NCBI GenBank assembly: GCA_964626755.1
Contig: CAZVGO010000016.1
Location: 6,886 to 70,885 of the forward strand
DNA length: 64,000 nt
DNA from: an uncultured Anaerolineaceae bacterium
GTDB taxonomy: Bacteria; Chloroflexota; Limnocylindria; Limnocylindrales; CSP1-4
Direction: 5' to 3'
This document shows, one piece after another, positions 8,949 to 18,764 of this stretch (the stretch's first letter is position 1; each line of letters begins with the position of its first letter). The translations under genes and the position numbers were made by a program. The notes beneath the pieces are model-generated. The model was not told the origin of the DNA, did no database searches, and saw only the letters and a program-made list of their open reading frames with translations.

Positions 8949-10858
8949 TCTCGCGACTCGCCGCCCGGATCCCGGTTCGCCGCCGGCGCGTCCCGTCCGG
9001 GCCCGACGCCCGCCGGTACGTCCCGGCCGATCCCCGCGCATTGGCCGGGCCGCTTGATCCCGAGCTCGAGCGGATCCGGTCCGGTCTTCGACCCCACGCC
9101 CGGCGGCTCTGGCTCCGCCGGATCGTCCGGCGCGCATTCATCGCCCTGGCGGTCGTCGCCGGCGCGGAGCTCGTTCCCTGGACGGCGGCCCGGATCTTCC
9201 CGATCGAGATGGCTCCGGCCATCGGGGCAGGCCTGCCGGTCCTCGGGCTGATCGGTCTCGCGATCGCGGCCATCGTCGCTCGTCCGTCACTCGGCGAGAC
9301 GGCCCTTGCCGTCGACGCCGAGGGCCACCTTGGGGACCGCGTGACGAGCGCACTCGCGCTCGCCGCGGCCGTGCCGGCAGCGAGCGGCCCCGCGGGACCG
9401 GACGACGACCTCGACGACGGGCGCCCGGTCGACGAAGCGGGCGTAGAGCGCCGCTTCGTCCGGCGCCAGCGGCGTGACGCTCTCCACTCGCTCCGGCTGG
9501 CCCCGGTCAACCTGTTCCGGCCCCGCCTGTCGCGGAACCCCGCGCTGGCGTCGTTCGCGGCGGCCCTGCTCCTCGTCCCGGTGCTGCTCCTGCCGAATGT
9601 GCAGGACGCCCGGATTGCAGACAGCCGCCGGGTGCGCGAGGAAGCGACCCGCCAGGCCGACCGGATCGACGAGACCGCAAAGGACCTCGAGGGCAAGGGG
9701 GCAAACGCGGACGACCCGCGGACCCGGCTCGCCAAGGAGCTTCGCGACCTCGCCAGGCAGCTCCGAGATCGCCCCGCCGACCTCGACGTGAACCTCGCCA
9801 AGCTCGGCAGCGTGGAAGGCAACCTTCGGGCCCAGCTCGATCCGGCCAATGAGCAACGCGCGTCGTCGCTGACGGCCCTCAGCCGCGCGCTGTCCCGCAC
9901 TGCGACCGGCCAGCCGAGCGCGAACCAGGACGGCGACCCGAAGCAGGCGGCGGAGGATCTCGACAAGCTCAAGGACAAGGTCGACTCGATGACGCCCGAA
10001 GAGCGGCGGGAGCTGGCGCGACAGCTGACCGAGCTGCAGTCGATGGCCAGCCAGGCTGACGGCGCCGCCGGGCAGGCCCTGCGCGACGCCGCTCAGAGCC
10101 TCGGGCAGGGCGATACGGCCGGCGCGAAGGCGGCCCTCGACAAGCTGGGCGACGCCCTCGAGGGCGCCGAGACCAAGGTCGACGTCAACCGCGACCTGTC
10201 GGCCGCTGCGTCGCGCCTCCAGGATGCCCGCCGGAACCTGGCCAACTCGGGGCAACCTGGTCAGCCGGGGCAGCCCGGGCAGCCGGGCCAGCCGGGGCAG
10301 CCGGGCCAGCCGGGCCAGCCGGGGCAACCGGGGGCGAGTGGTCAGCCCGGTCAGGGCCAGGGTCAGCCGGGTGCGAGCGGTCAACCCGGCCAGGGGCAGG
10401 GTCAAGGCCAGGGTCAGGGCCAAGGCCAGGGTCAAGGCCAAGGCCAGGGTCAAGGCCAGGGGCAGGGCCAGGGTCAGAGCCAGGGCGGCACGCTCGGCGG
10501 TGGAGGTTCGAACGCAACTCACCTCGGCACCGGCTCGAGCTCCGGGAAGCCGGGCGGCCCGGTCAACCCCAACAAGCCAAGCACGGTCGGTGAGGACCTC
10601 GGAAGCGTCTTCGCGCCGTTCGATCGGGTCGGCCGGCCGGGCGATCCCTCGTACGTCGCGGGCACGGGCGGCGACGGGCAGACTCAGCAGGGCAACACCC
10701 CCGGCCCGGGCGTGAACAACGGGGCCTTCGTCCCGTACCAGCAGGTCTACACGGACTTCCACGACTTCGCCCTGACGACGCTGGACCGGAACTACGTCCC
10801 GCTCTCCGTCAAGGACTTCGTCAGGGATTACTTCACGTCGCTCGACCCGTCGAACTGA
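8945..10858 (+). CDS. membrane protein with N-terminal TM helices, a long coiled-coil region, a collagen-like (GQP)n/(GQ)n repeat and a C-terminal globular domain
   Basis: GTG start overlaps the upstream TGA. TM segments AFIALAVVAGAELVPW and LPVLGLIGLAIAAIVA. Charged heptad-like region from ~aa 200-430. GQPGQPGQPGQP...GQGQGQGQ tract. Confidence 0.6.
   Translation: MISRLAARIPVRRRRVPSGPDARRYVPADPRALAGPLDPELERIRSGLRPHARRLWLRRIVRRAFIALAVVAGAELVPWTAARIFPIEMAPAIGAGLPVLGLIGLAIAAIVARPSLGETALAVDAEGHLGDRVTSALALAAAVPAASGPAGPDDDLDDGRPVDEAGVERRFVRRQRRDALHSLRLAPVNLFRPRLSRNPALASFAAALLLVPVLLLPNVQDARIADSRRVREEATRQADRIDETAKDLEGKGANADDPRTRLAKELRDLARQLRDRPADLDVNLAKLGSVEGNLRAQLDPANEQRASSLTALSRALSRTATGQPSANQDGDPKQAAEDLDKLKDKVDSMTPEERRELARQLTELQSMASQADGAAGQALRDAAQSLGQGDTAGAKAALDKLGDALEGAETKVDVNRDLSAAASRLQDARRNLANSGQPGQPGQPGQPGQPGQPGQPGQPGQPGASGQPGQGQGQPGASGQPGQGQGQGQGQGQGQGQGQGQGQGQGQGQGQSQGGTLGGGGSNATHLGTGSSSGKPGGPVNPNKPSTVGEDLGSVFAPFDRVGRPGDPSYVAGTGGDGQTQQGNTPGPGVNNGAFVPYQQVYTDFHDFALTTLDRNYVPLSVKDFVRDYFTSLDPSN
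10249..10487 (+). repeat. hexanucleotide/trinucleotide tandem repeat tract (ggncag ccg)n / (ggncag)n encoding GQP/GQ repeats
   Basis: Directly visible tandem units ggtcagccg, gggcagccc, gggcagccg..., then ggccagggtcaaggccag.... About 240 nt. Confidence 0.8.
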
Positions 10859-10899
10859 CGGGCCTCTCGACCACCGCGACCCGTAACCGGAGGACCTCG

Positions 10900-11916
10900 A
10901 TGGCAGCCTCGACCAAAGTCGCCGGTTCGGCGCCCCATATCGCCCCGGAGCTCTTCGCAGAGCGGGCGCAGGCGATCGAGCGCGAGGTGGCGAACGTCAT
11001 CGTCGGCCAGCGAGAGCTCGTCCGGCACACGCTGACCTGCCTGCTCGCCAACGGCCACGCCCTCCTCGAGGGCGTGCCCGGACTGGGCAAGACGATGCTC
11101 GTCCGGACGATCGCGGACGTGATCGACTGCACCTTCAACCGGATCCAGTTCACGCCGGACCTCATGCCGGCCGACATCACCGGCACGAACATCCTGATCG
11201 AGGAGGGCGGCAGCCGGGTCTTCCGCTTCCAGCCCGGGCCGATCTTCGCCAACCTCGTGCTCGCCGACGAGATCAACCGGGCGACCCCGAAGACCCAGTC
11301 CAGCCTGCTCGAGGCCATGCAGGAGCACCAGGTCACGGTCGCCCGCCAGCGCTATCCGCTCGATCCGCCGTTCTTCGTCCTCGCGACCCAGAACCCGCTC
11401 GAGATGGAGGGCACGTACCCGCTGCCGGAGGCCCAGCTGGACCGGTTCCTGTTCAAGGTCATGGTCCCCTTCCCGACCGAAGACGATCTCGTCCAGATCG
11501 TCGACCGGACGACCGGATCCGACACGGCCGCCGCCACGAAGGTCTGCTCGGCGGCCGAGATCGTCGAGATGCAGCGCCTGGCACGAGCGGTTCCGATCGC
11601 GCCTCATGTCACGGCGTACGCGGTCAGCGTCCTGTCGGCAACGCATCCGGATCAGCCCCGGGCGCCCGAGCTCGTTCGCGAGTACGTCCGCTACGGCGGC
11701 TCGCCGCGCGGTGCCCAGGCGCTCGTGACCGCGGGCAAGATCGGCGCGCTGCTGGACGGCCGGTTCAACGTCTCGATCGACGACATCCGGGCCGTCGCCA
11801 TGCCGGCGCTGCGTCACCGGATCATCCTCAATTTCGAGGGCGAGGCCGAGGGAATCACCTCCGAGGCGATCATCCGGACGATTCTCGAGTCGGTCGCGGC
11901 CCCCACCGTCGAATAG
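10900..11916 (+). CDS. moxR: MoxR-family AAA+ ATPase
   Basis: Walker A LLEGVPGLGKTML. MoxR hallmark FNRIQFTPDLMPADITGT. Walker B LVLADEINRATPKTQSSLLEAMQE. 338 aa. Confidence 0.9.
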   Translation: MAASTKVAGSAPHIAPELFAERAQAIEREVANVIVGQRELVRHTLTCLLANGHALLEGVPGLGKTMLVRTIADVIDCTFNRIQFTPDLMPADITGTNILIEEGGSRVFRFQPGPIFANLVLADEINRATPKTQSSLLEAMQEHQVTVARQRYPLDPPFFVLATQNPLEMEGTYPLPEAQLDRFLFKVMVPFPTEDDLVQIVDRTTGSDTAAATKVCSAAEIVEMQRLARAVPIAPHVTAYAVSVLSATHPDQPRAPELVREYVRYGGSPRGAQALVTAGKIGALLDGRFNVSIDDIRAVAMPALRHRIILNFEGEAEGITSEAIIRTILESVAAPTVE

Positions 11917-11918
11917 CC

Positions 11919-12893
11919 ATGACCCATCCCGGCGAGCGCGGCGCCTCCGTGGTGGAGGGCGGGGATGCCATCGCGCGGGGCGCCGATCGCAAGGTCTTCC
12001 TGCCCAACAACGTTGACCCGACGGTCTTCGACGAGGGTTTCCTCCGCCAGCTCGAGCGACTCCTCCTGCTGATGAAGGCGCCCGTCCGGGGCGGCCTCAA
12101 GGGCGGCCGGCGGAGCGTCAAGCGCGGCCAGTCTGTCGAGTTCGCCGACTACCGCGACTACTCGCTCGGCGACGACCTCCGGCAGCTCGACTGGAACGTC
12201 TACGCCCGCCTCGAGAAGCTGTTTGTGAAGCTGTTCGTCGAGGAGGAGGACGTCACCGTCACGTTCATCGTCGACGCGTCGGCCTCGATGGCCGCGGGCC
12301 GCCCGCCGAAGCTCCTCTTCGCCCAGCGGGCGGCCGCCGCGCTCGGCTATATCGCCCTCGCTTCAGAGGACCGGGTGGCCATCACTGTCCTGACCGGGCG
12401 GGTCGGCCGGCGGCACTCGTCGATACGCGGCAGCGGCCGCGTGTTCCGGCTCCTGGCGAACTTGTCCGGAATCTCCGCTACGGACAGCCCCACGGACCTT
12501 CTCGCCGCCGCGCGGCACGCCGCCGCGCAGCTCACCGGCCGGGGCGTCGTGGTCCTCATCTCCGACCTGCTCGACCCGAACGCCGAGCGGGTCGTGCGCG
12601 AGCTCGCGGCGACGAACTCCGAGTTGATCATCCTCCACGTGCTCTCGCCGGACGAGCTGGACCCGAAACTCGAGGGCGACCTCCGTCTCGTCGACTCGGA
12701 GACGGGCGAGGGCATCGACGTCACGGTCGACCTGGCGACGATCGACGGCTACAAGGCCCGCCTTGCGTCGTGGCAGGAGGGCCTCGCCGACCTCGCGGCC
12801 AAGCGCCGCGCGAGCTATGTTCCGCTCCCGAGCGACCTCCCGCTCGCCGACCTCGTGTTCGCCGAGCTCCGCCGGCGCCGGGTCCTGGGGTGA
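11919..12893 (+). CDS. DUF58 domain protein (MoxR-associated, VWA-like fold)
   Basis: DYRDYSLGDDLRQLDWNVYARLEKLFVKLFVEEED motif block typical of DUF58. Starts 2 nt after moxR. Confidence 0.85.
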   Translation: MTHPGERGASVVEGGDAIARGADRKVFLPNNVDPTVFDEGFLRQLERLLLLMKAPVRGGLKGGRRSVKRGQSVEFADYRDYSLGDDLRQLDWNVYARLEKLFVKLFVEEEDVTVTFIVDASASMAAGRPPKLLFAQRAAAALGYIALASEDRVAITVLTGRVGRRHSSIRGSGRVFRLLANLSGISATDSPTDLLAAARHAAAQLTGRGVVVLISDLLDPNAERVVRELAATNSELIILHVLSPDELDPKLEGDLRLVDSETGEGIDVTVDLATIDGYKARLASWQEGLADLAAKRRASYVPLPSDLPLADLVFAELRRRRVLG

Positions 12894-12918
12894 GGCGGCC
12901 TCAGGTCGTGGGGCTCTA

Positions 12919-15084
12919 ATGCCGTTCGCGACCCCGCTCGCGCTGCTCGGGCTGCTGTTCATTCCGCTCGTCATCGCGATGTACCTGCTCAAGCTGCGGC
13001 GCAACGAAGCGGTCGTGCCGTCGACGCTCCTGTGGCACAAGCTGGTTGCGGACGTCGAGGCAAACGCGCCGTGGCAGCGGCTCCGACGCAGCCTCCTGCT
13101 GCTCCTCCAACTGCTCCTGGTCCTCGCCCTCGCCCTGCTCGCCGCTCGCCCGTTCCTCGAGCGCCCGGCAGGACTCGCCCGGGACCTGGTCCTCGTCGTC
13201 GACGCGTCGGCCAGCATGGGCGCGACGGACCTCACGCCGAACCGGCTCGAGGCCGCGAAGGCCGCGGCCATCGACGCGCTGCGCGAGCTGCCGACCGGCG
13301 GCAAGGTGAGCGTCATCGCAGCCGGCCGGACCGCGCGGATCGTCGCGACCGGCTCAACCGATCTCGCCCGAGTCCGCCAGGCGATCGCCTCGATCCAGGT
13401 CACGGCATCGAACGGCGACCTGGGTGACGCGTTGACACTCGCGTCCGCCCTCGCCGCGCGGTCCGGTGACGCCGAGATCCTCGTCGCCACCGACGCCGCC
13501 CTCGCCAGTGTCCCGACGCGACGAGTCGAGGCGCCGGTGCGGGTCATCCAGGTTGGCCGCGAGCGGAAGAACCAGGCGATCGTCGCGCTCGCGATCCGGA
13601 CCGCCCCGTCGGGGCTGACCAAATCGGCGTTCGTGAGCGTCGCGAATCTCGACATCGAGTCGGCTCGCCGGCGGATCGAGGTGTACGGCGACGGCGTGCT
13701 GCTCGAGGCCCGCAACGTGTTCATGGACCCCCAGCAGCGGGCCGACGTCGTCATCGACGACATCACCCAGCAGAACACGCGCCGGGTCGACGTCATCGAG
13801 GTCCGTCTCGTGGCGGATTCCGGCTCCGGCACGACGGGCGCACCGCCGGACCAGCTCGCCTCGGACGATCGGGCGTGGGCCATCGTCCCATCGGACGAGC
13901 TCCGCCAGATCCTCCTCGTCAGCGAGGGCGACCCGTACCTCGAGACGGCCCTGAGCTACCTGCCGAACACCGAGCTCTACGGCCGGGCGCCGAAGGACTA
14001 CGACACCACGACCGGGCTCGAAGAGTTCGAGCTGATCATCTTCGAGAACTTCCTGCCCCGGGTCATGCCCGACACGGCCGTCCTCGCCATCGCGCCGCCC
14101 CGGACCGGGCCGCTCGGTGAGGTCACCGGCAACCTCGTCAACCCCGGCATCGGCTCGCTCAACCCGGAGGAGCCGATCCTCCGCTATGTCGACCTGTCGA
14201 CGATCCACATCGGCGAGGCGAAGGAGCTGGTGCTCCCGGACTGGGCGCGGACGGTGATCCCGGGGCCGGGCGGCGCACCGCTGCTCTACGCGGGCGAGCG
14301 GGCCGGGCAACGCGCGGCGGTTCTCGCATTCGAGCCGCGCAAGTCCGACCTTCCACTCCAGGTCGCGTTCCCGATCATGCTGGCCAACCTCACCGGCGAG
14401 CTGCTCGGCGGATCCGGCGCGCCGACCGAGGCGGTCACGCCCGGCTCCCCGGTGACGCTGCCGATCCCCACGGGAGCCGCCGGCGTCCAGGTGACTCGGC
14501 CGGACGGCACAACAACGGACCTCGTCCCGGGGACCGTCGGCGGTACCGCGGTCACGTACTCGCAGACGGACCTGCTCGGCGTGTACACCGTCACGCCCAT
14601 CGCCGCGCCGGCTCCGTCCGGCTCCCCTGCCCCATCCGCCGACCCGGCGAGCCCCCGGCCCACCCCGAGTGCCGGTCCGTCCCCCAGCCGGACGCCGATC
14701 CCGGCCGACCCGAACGCGCCGCTCCGCTTCGCGGTCGACCTGTTCGACGTCGCCGAATCGAACATCGCTCCGGGCTCGGTCAACGCGCTCGTCGCCCTCG
14801 GCGGCGGCGCTCCGTCGGCCGCTCCGAGCGGCTCGACACCACCGGGCGGTGCGGTGCCGGATCCTTCGCCGGCGCCGACGGCCGAGCCGTCCGGAACGCC
14901 GGCACCGGCCGTGGCGGCGCCTGCCGACCGGCCGCCGGCCCGTGACGAGCTCTGGGCGCCGATCCTCCTGCTCGTCCTCCTCGTCCTCTGCGTCGAGTGG
15001 GCGGTCTACCAGCGTGACGCGCTCATCCGTCTGTGGCGCGGCCTGGGCGGGCGGTTGGGCCGCCGACCGGCGGGAGGCGGCTGA
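12919..15084 (+). CDS. VWA domain protein with BatA-like N-terminal membrane domain and C-terminal TM anchor
   Basis: N-terminus MPFATPLALLGLLFIPLVIAMYLLKLRRN (aerotolerance BatA N-domain pattern). VWA MIDAS-like LVLVVDASASMGATD. Pro/Ser-rich linker. C-terminal TM LWAPILLLVLLVLCVEWAV. Confidence 0.8.
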   Translation: MPFATPLALLGLLFIPLVIAMYLLKLRRNEAVVPSTLLWHKLVADVEANAPWQRLRRSLLLLLQLLLVLALALLAARPFLERPAGLARDLVLVVDASASMGATDLTPNRLEAAKAAAIDALRELPTGGKVSVIAAGRTARIVATGSTDLARVRQAIASIQVTASNGDLGDALTLASALAARSGDAEILVATDAALASVPTRRVEAPVRVIQVGRERKNQAIVALAIRTAPSGLTKSAFVSVANLDIESARRRIEVYGDGVLLEARNVFMDPQQRADVVIDDITQQNTRRVDVIEVRLVADSGSGTTGAPPDQLASDDRAWAIVPSDELRQILLVSEGDPYLETALSYLPNTELYGRAPKDYDTTTGLEEFELIIFENFLPRVMPDTAVLAIAPPRTGPLGEVTGNLVNPGIGSLNPEEPILRYVDLSTIHIGEAKELVLPDWARTVIPGPGGAPLLYAGERAGQRAAVLAFEPRKSDLPLQVAFPIMLANLTGELLGGSGAPTEAVTPGSPVTLPIPTGAAGVQVTRPDGTTTDLVPGTVGGTAVTYSQTDLLGVYTVTPIAAPAPSGSPAPSADPASPRPTPSAGPSPSRTPIPADPNAPLRFAVDLFDVAESNIAPGSVNALVALGGGAPSAAPSGSTPPGGAVPDPSPAPTAEPSGTPAPAVAAPADRPPARDELWAPILLLVLLVLCVEWAVYQRDALIRLWRGLGGRLGRRPAGGG

Positions 15085-17999
15085 TGGGCATCGCGTTTGA
15101 CGCGCCCTTCGCTCTGCTCCTCCTGCCGCCGGCCATCCTGTTCACGCTCCTGCTCCACCTCGGGGCGCGGCGGCGGCTCGGCGCCGGGCGCCGGCGGGCG
15201 GCGCTCGTCGTCAGGTCGTTCCTCATCGCCGCGCTCGTCCTGGCCCTGGCGGGGTTCCAGCTCGTCCTGCCGGTCGATCGCCTCGCGACCGTGTTCGTCC
15301 TCGACCTCTCCGACTCGGTCGGGACGGCCGGCCGCGAGGAGGCCGTCCAGTTCGTCCGCGACAGCCTGCACGAGATGCCGGAGGGCGACGTCGCCGGGAT
15401 CGTCGCATTCGGCAAGGACGCGCTCGTCGAGCGCCTGCCGTCCGACCTCGCCGAAATCGACCGGGTCCGCTCGACGCCGGTCAAGGCGGCCACGGACATC
15501 GGCGCGGCGCTCCGGCTGGCGACGGCACTCTTCCCCGATGACACCCAGAAGCGGATCGTGCTGCTGTCGGACGGCAACGACACGACCGGCGCCGGGCAGA
15601 CGGAGGCGGCCCTGTCGGCGGCCCGCGGCGTCCAGGTCGAGACCCGCGTCGTCGGCCTCGAGGGCCGCGACGAGGTCCTCGTCGAGCGTCTCCAGACGCC
15701 CTCGACCGCCCGCCTCGGCGAGGAGATCGAGGCGACCGTCGAGATCCGCTCGACCGTCGCCCAGCCAGCGACCGTTCGCCTGTTCGCCGACGGCACGATC
15801 GTCGGAACCGAGCGCGTCGACCTCGTCGCCGGCGTCAACCGGATCACATTCCGGGTCAAGCCGACCGAGCCCGGGTTCCACACGTTCCGCGCGGTCGTCG
15901 AAGCGGCCCAGGACACGTTCAGCCAGAACAACCGGGGCGACTCGAACACCATCGTCAAGGGCGAGCCCCGGATCCTCGTCCTCGCGGGCGACGAAACGGT
16001 CGCGGCCGAGCTCGTCGCCGCGCTCGAGACGGAGCGCCAGCAGGTCGACTCGATCATCCCCGAGGCGCTGCCCAACGACCTCGCCGGCCTGGCCACGTAC
16101 GACAGCATTGTCCTCGTCGACGTCCCGCGGATCCGCCTGTCCGACCGGCAGCTCGGGCTCCTCCAGGTGTACGTCCGCGATCTCGGCCGCGGCCTCGTCA
16201 TGGTCGGCGGCTCGAAGAGCTTCGGGGCGGGTGGCTACACGAAGACACCGCTCGAGGAATCGCTCCCGGTCGACATGGGCGTCAAGGACCGCCAGAAGCA
16301 GCCAGACGTTGCGCTGGTCGTCGTCATCGACAAGTCCGGCTCGATGGACGCCTGCCACTGCAACACGTTCGAGGGCGGGCCCGGCGGCGGCACCGGAATG
16401 GGTGGCACGCGCAAGGTCGACATCGGGAAGGAAGCGATCCTCCGGGCAGCGGCGGCGATGACCGCCGCCGACGAGCTCGGGGTCGTCGCGTTCGACCAGG
16501 ACGCCCACTGGGTGGTCCGGACCCAGCCGCTCGGGCAGGTCGGCAACCTGGCCGGCCAGATCGCCGGCATCCAGCCGCTCGGCAACACGAACATCTTCGC
16601 CGGCCTCGACCAGGCCGTGCAGTCGCTCGAGACGGCCCGCGCGACCCGCCGTCACATCATCCTCCTGACCGACGGCTGGTCGTCGTCCGGTCAGTACGCC
16701 GACATCATCAAGCGGATGAAGGCGGCCGGGATCACCCTCTCGACGGTCGGGGCGGGCGGCGGCTCGAACCCGTTCCTCGAGGGCCTCGCCAGGGACGGCG
16801 GTGGCCGGTTCTACGAGGCCGCGAATCCCGCCAGCATCCCCGACATCTTCCTCAAGGAGACACAGCAGGTCGCCGGCCAGCAGATCATCGAGGAGGCGTT
16901 CCACCCGATCCAGACGAGCAACTCGCCGATCCTGCGCGGCCTGGACCAGGGCTTCCCGCAGCTCCTCGGGTACAACGGCACGACCGCGAAGTCGGCGGCC
17001 CAGACCGTGCTCGTCACCGCCCGCGACGACCCGCTCCTCGCCCAGTGGCAGTACGGCCTCGGCCGGTCGGTCGCCTGGACGTCCGACTCGACCGGGCGCT
17101 GGGCCCGCAACTGGGTGGCGTGGGACGGCTTCTCGAAGTTCTTCAGCCAGCTCGTCGGCTGGACGTTCCCGGGCGAGGAGACCGGCGGCATCGAGGCGTC
17201 GTTCGTGACCCAGGGCCAGTCGACGACCCTGCGCGTCGAGAGCGTCGGCGACGACGGCTCGCCGCGCGACTTCTACGCGACCCGGGCGGTCATCGTCGGC
17301 CCGGACCTCGAGCCCCTCGACAAGGCGCTCGTCCAGGTCGCGCCCGGCGTCTACGAGGTACCGCTCGGCGAGGTCGATCCGGGCGCATATGCGCTGCGCA
17401 TCTCGCAGACGCGGCCGGGCTCCGCGGCCCTGGGGCGAACGGTCGGGCTCGTGGCGCCGACCGCGGCCGAGTACCGGCTCCTCGGCGCGAACCAGGCGCT
17501 CCTCGCCACGCTCCGATCAGCCACCGGCGGCCGGGCGATCGAACTGCCAGAGGAGCCGTGGCGGCACGACCTCGCGACGACGAACTCGTTCACCCAGCTG
17601 TGGCCGCTGCTGCTCATCCTTGCGCTCCTGGTGTGGCCACTCGACATCGCGCTGCGCCGCGTGTCGCTCGGCCGGCGCGAGCTCGCCGACGCGCGGCGGG
17701 CGGTTGGCACGTGGCGACAGGGCCGTCGGTTTGCCCGGCGGACGGCGCCGGTCGAGGGAATGCTCGCGGCTCGCGAGCGGGCCGGCGGGGCGAGTGCCCG
17801 GGCGGCGCTGCTGCGGCCCGAGTCGGCGCCGCCGGTCCCTGTGGCGCCGGCAACCGCCTCACCGTCTCCCGCGAAAGGCCCGGCAGGGCCCGCGCGGCCC
17901 GCGCCTGCGTCTCCAGCGCCGGCGGCACCGACGGAGCCGGCTCCCACCGACACGTTGACTCGGCTGCGCGAAGCGAAGAAGCGCGCGCGGGGCGAGTGA
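15084..17999 (+). CDS. membrane protein with two VWA domains (BatB-like) and a C-terminal TM plus Ala/Pro-rich tail
   Basis: ATG overlaps the upstream TGA. First VWA VFVLDLSDSVGTAG...VLLSDGNDT. Second VWA VVVIDKSGSMDACHC...ILLTDGWSS. TM LWPLLLILALLVWPLDIAL. Confidence 0.8.
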   Translation: MGIAFDAPFALLLLPPAILFTLLLHLGARRRLGAGRRRAALVVRSFLIAALVLALAGFQLVLPVDRLATVFVLDLSDSVGTAGREEAVQFVRDSLHEMPEGDVAGIVAFGKDALVERLPSDLAEIDRVRSTPVKAATDIGAALRLATALFPDDTQKRIVLLSDGNDTTGAGQTEAALSAARGVQVETRVVGLEGRDEVLVERLQTPSTARLGEEIEATVEIRSTVAQPATVRLFADGTIVGTERVDLVAGVNRITFRVKPTEPGFHTFRAVVEAAQDTFSQNNRGDSNTIVKGEPRILVLAGDETVAAELVAALETERQQVDSIIPEALPNDLAGLATYDSIVLVDVPRIRLSDRQLGLLQVYVRDLGRGLVMVGGSKSFGAGGYTKTPLEESLPVDMGVKDRQKQPDVALVVVIDKSGSMDACHCNTFEGGPGGGTGMGGTRKVDIGKEAILRAAAAMTAADELGVVAFDQDAHWVVRTQPLGQVGNLAGQIAGIQPLGNTNIFAGLDQAVQSLETARATRRHIILLTDGWSSSGQYADIIKRMKAAGITLSTVGAGGGSNPFLEGLARDGGGRFYEAANPASIPDIFLKETQQVAGQQIIEEAFHPIQTSNSPILRGLDQGFPQLLGYNGTTAKSAAQTVLVTARDDPLLAQWQYGLGRSVAWTSDSTGRWARNWVAWDGFSKFFSQLVGWTFPGEETGGIEASFVTQGQSTTLRVESVGDDGSPRDFYATRAVIVGPDLEPLDKALVQVAPGVYEVPLGEVDPGAYALRISQTRPGSAALGRTVGLVAPTAAEYRLLGANQALLATLRSATGGRAIELPEEPWRHDLATTNSFTQLWPLLLILALLVWPLDIALRRVSLGRRELADARRAVGTWRQGRRFARRTAPVEGMLAARERAGGASARAALLRPESAPPVPVAPATASPSPAKGPAGPARPAPASPAPAAPTEPAPTDTLTRLREAKKRARGE

Positions 18000-18001
18000 C
18001 A

Positions 18002-18763
18002 GTGCGTCGACTTGCGGTCCTGTTCGCCGCGGCGCTCGCGCTCGCCGGTTGTGGCAGCGCTGCCGTCCCGTCACCGTCGGGATCCGACGAGCCCTCTGTC
18101 GAGCCATCGATTGAGTTGCCGCTCGATCCCGGCGTCCTTGGCCTGACCTGTGGCGACGGCATCAACTTCCATCCGTCGCTCCTCGCGGTTCCTGGGCAGG
18201 CGCAGAACGATCCGGACGCCGCCGCGGCCGCGCTGCGGGCAGAGATCGTCGGGGCGGCGTCTGAGCTGGGGCTCCCACGAAGCGGGTGGGTCCGTGTCGC
18301 GCAGCTTGCCGACAGGGTGCAGTTCGTGGCTCCGGACAACGATGGCGACGGCTGGGTCGTCGTCGGCCTGATGGCACGCGACGGCAGGTGGACTCTCGAT
18401 CTCATGGGCGAGTGCCAACCCGAGGTCGTCCTGCCGGCCGGTGTCGGACGCGCCGAGTGGCGGCTCGACCCGGCGTTCCCTGCCCCCGCAGCGGGCGATC
18501 GGCAGATCCACGTGTTGATCAACGAGCGAGCCTGCGCCAGCGGCCAGTCGCCGGAGGGCCGCGTTCTGCCGCCAATGGTCACGTCGAGCCCGACGGCGAT
18601 GACCATCGCGATCCTCGTCACCAATCGCCCCGGCGGCCAGGACTGCCCGGGCAACCCGGACCTTCCGATGACCGTCGACCTACCGGAGCCCCTCGGCGGG
18701 CGGCCACTGCTCGACGGTGCGGTGTTCCCGCCGAGGGACGTCACTCAGCCCGCAAGCGGCTGA
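18002..18763 (+). CDS. lipoprotein, hypothetical (paralogue A)
   Basis: Lipobox LALAGC after a hydrophobic signal. GTG start overlaps the upstream stop. Shares conserved blocks with the next gene. Confidence 0.6.
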   Translation: MRRLAVLFAAALALAGCGSAAVPSPSGSDEPSVEPSIELPLDPGVLGLTCGDGINFHPSLLAVPGQAQNDPDAAAAALRAEIVGAASELGLPRSGWVRVAQLADRVQFVAPDNDGDGWVVVGLMARDGRWTLDLMGECQPEVVLPAGVGRAEWRLDPAFPAPAAGDRQIHVLINERACASGQSPEGRVLPPMVTSSPTAMTIAILVTNRPGGQDCPGNPDLPMTVDLPEPLGGRPLLDGAVFPPRDVTQPASG

Positions 18764-18764
18764 C

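Noticed and set aside
9287-10762. 491-aa minus-strand ORF and other long alternate-frame ORFs across the GQP repeat
   Set aside because: These are antisense or alternate-frame artefacts of the repeat and of GC-rich sequence inside the well-supported plus-strand gene. Products are LALT/RARV low-complexity.
17045-18763. 572-aa ORF spanning the VWA gene's 3' end and the lipoprotein
   Set aside because: The N-terminal 320 aa are Arg/Gly-rich shadow sequence overlapping the double-VWA gene in another frame. The real lipoprotein starts at the GTG near 17996/18002.
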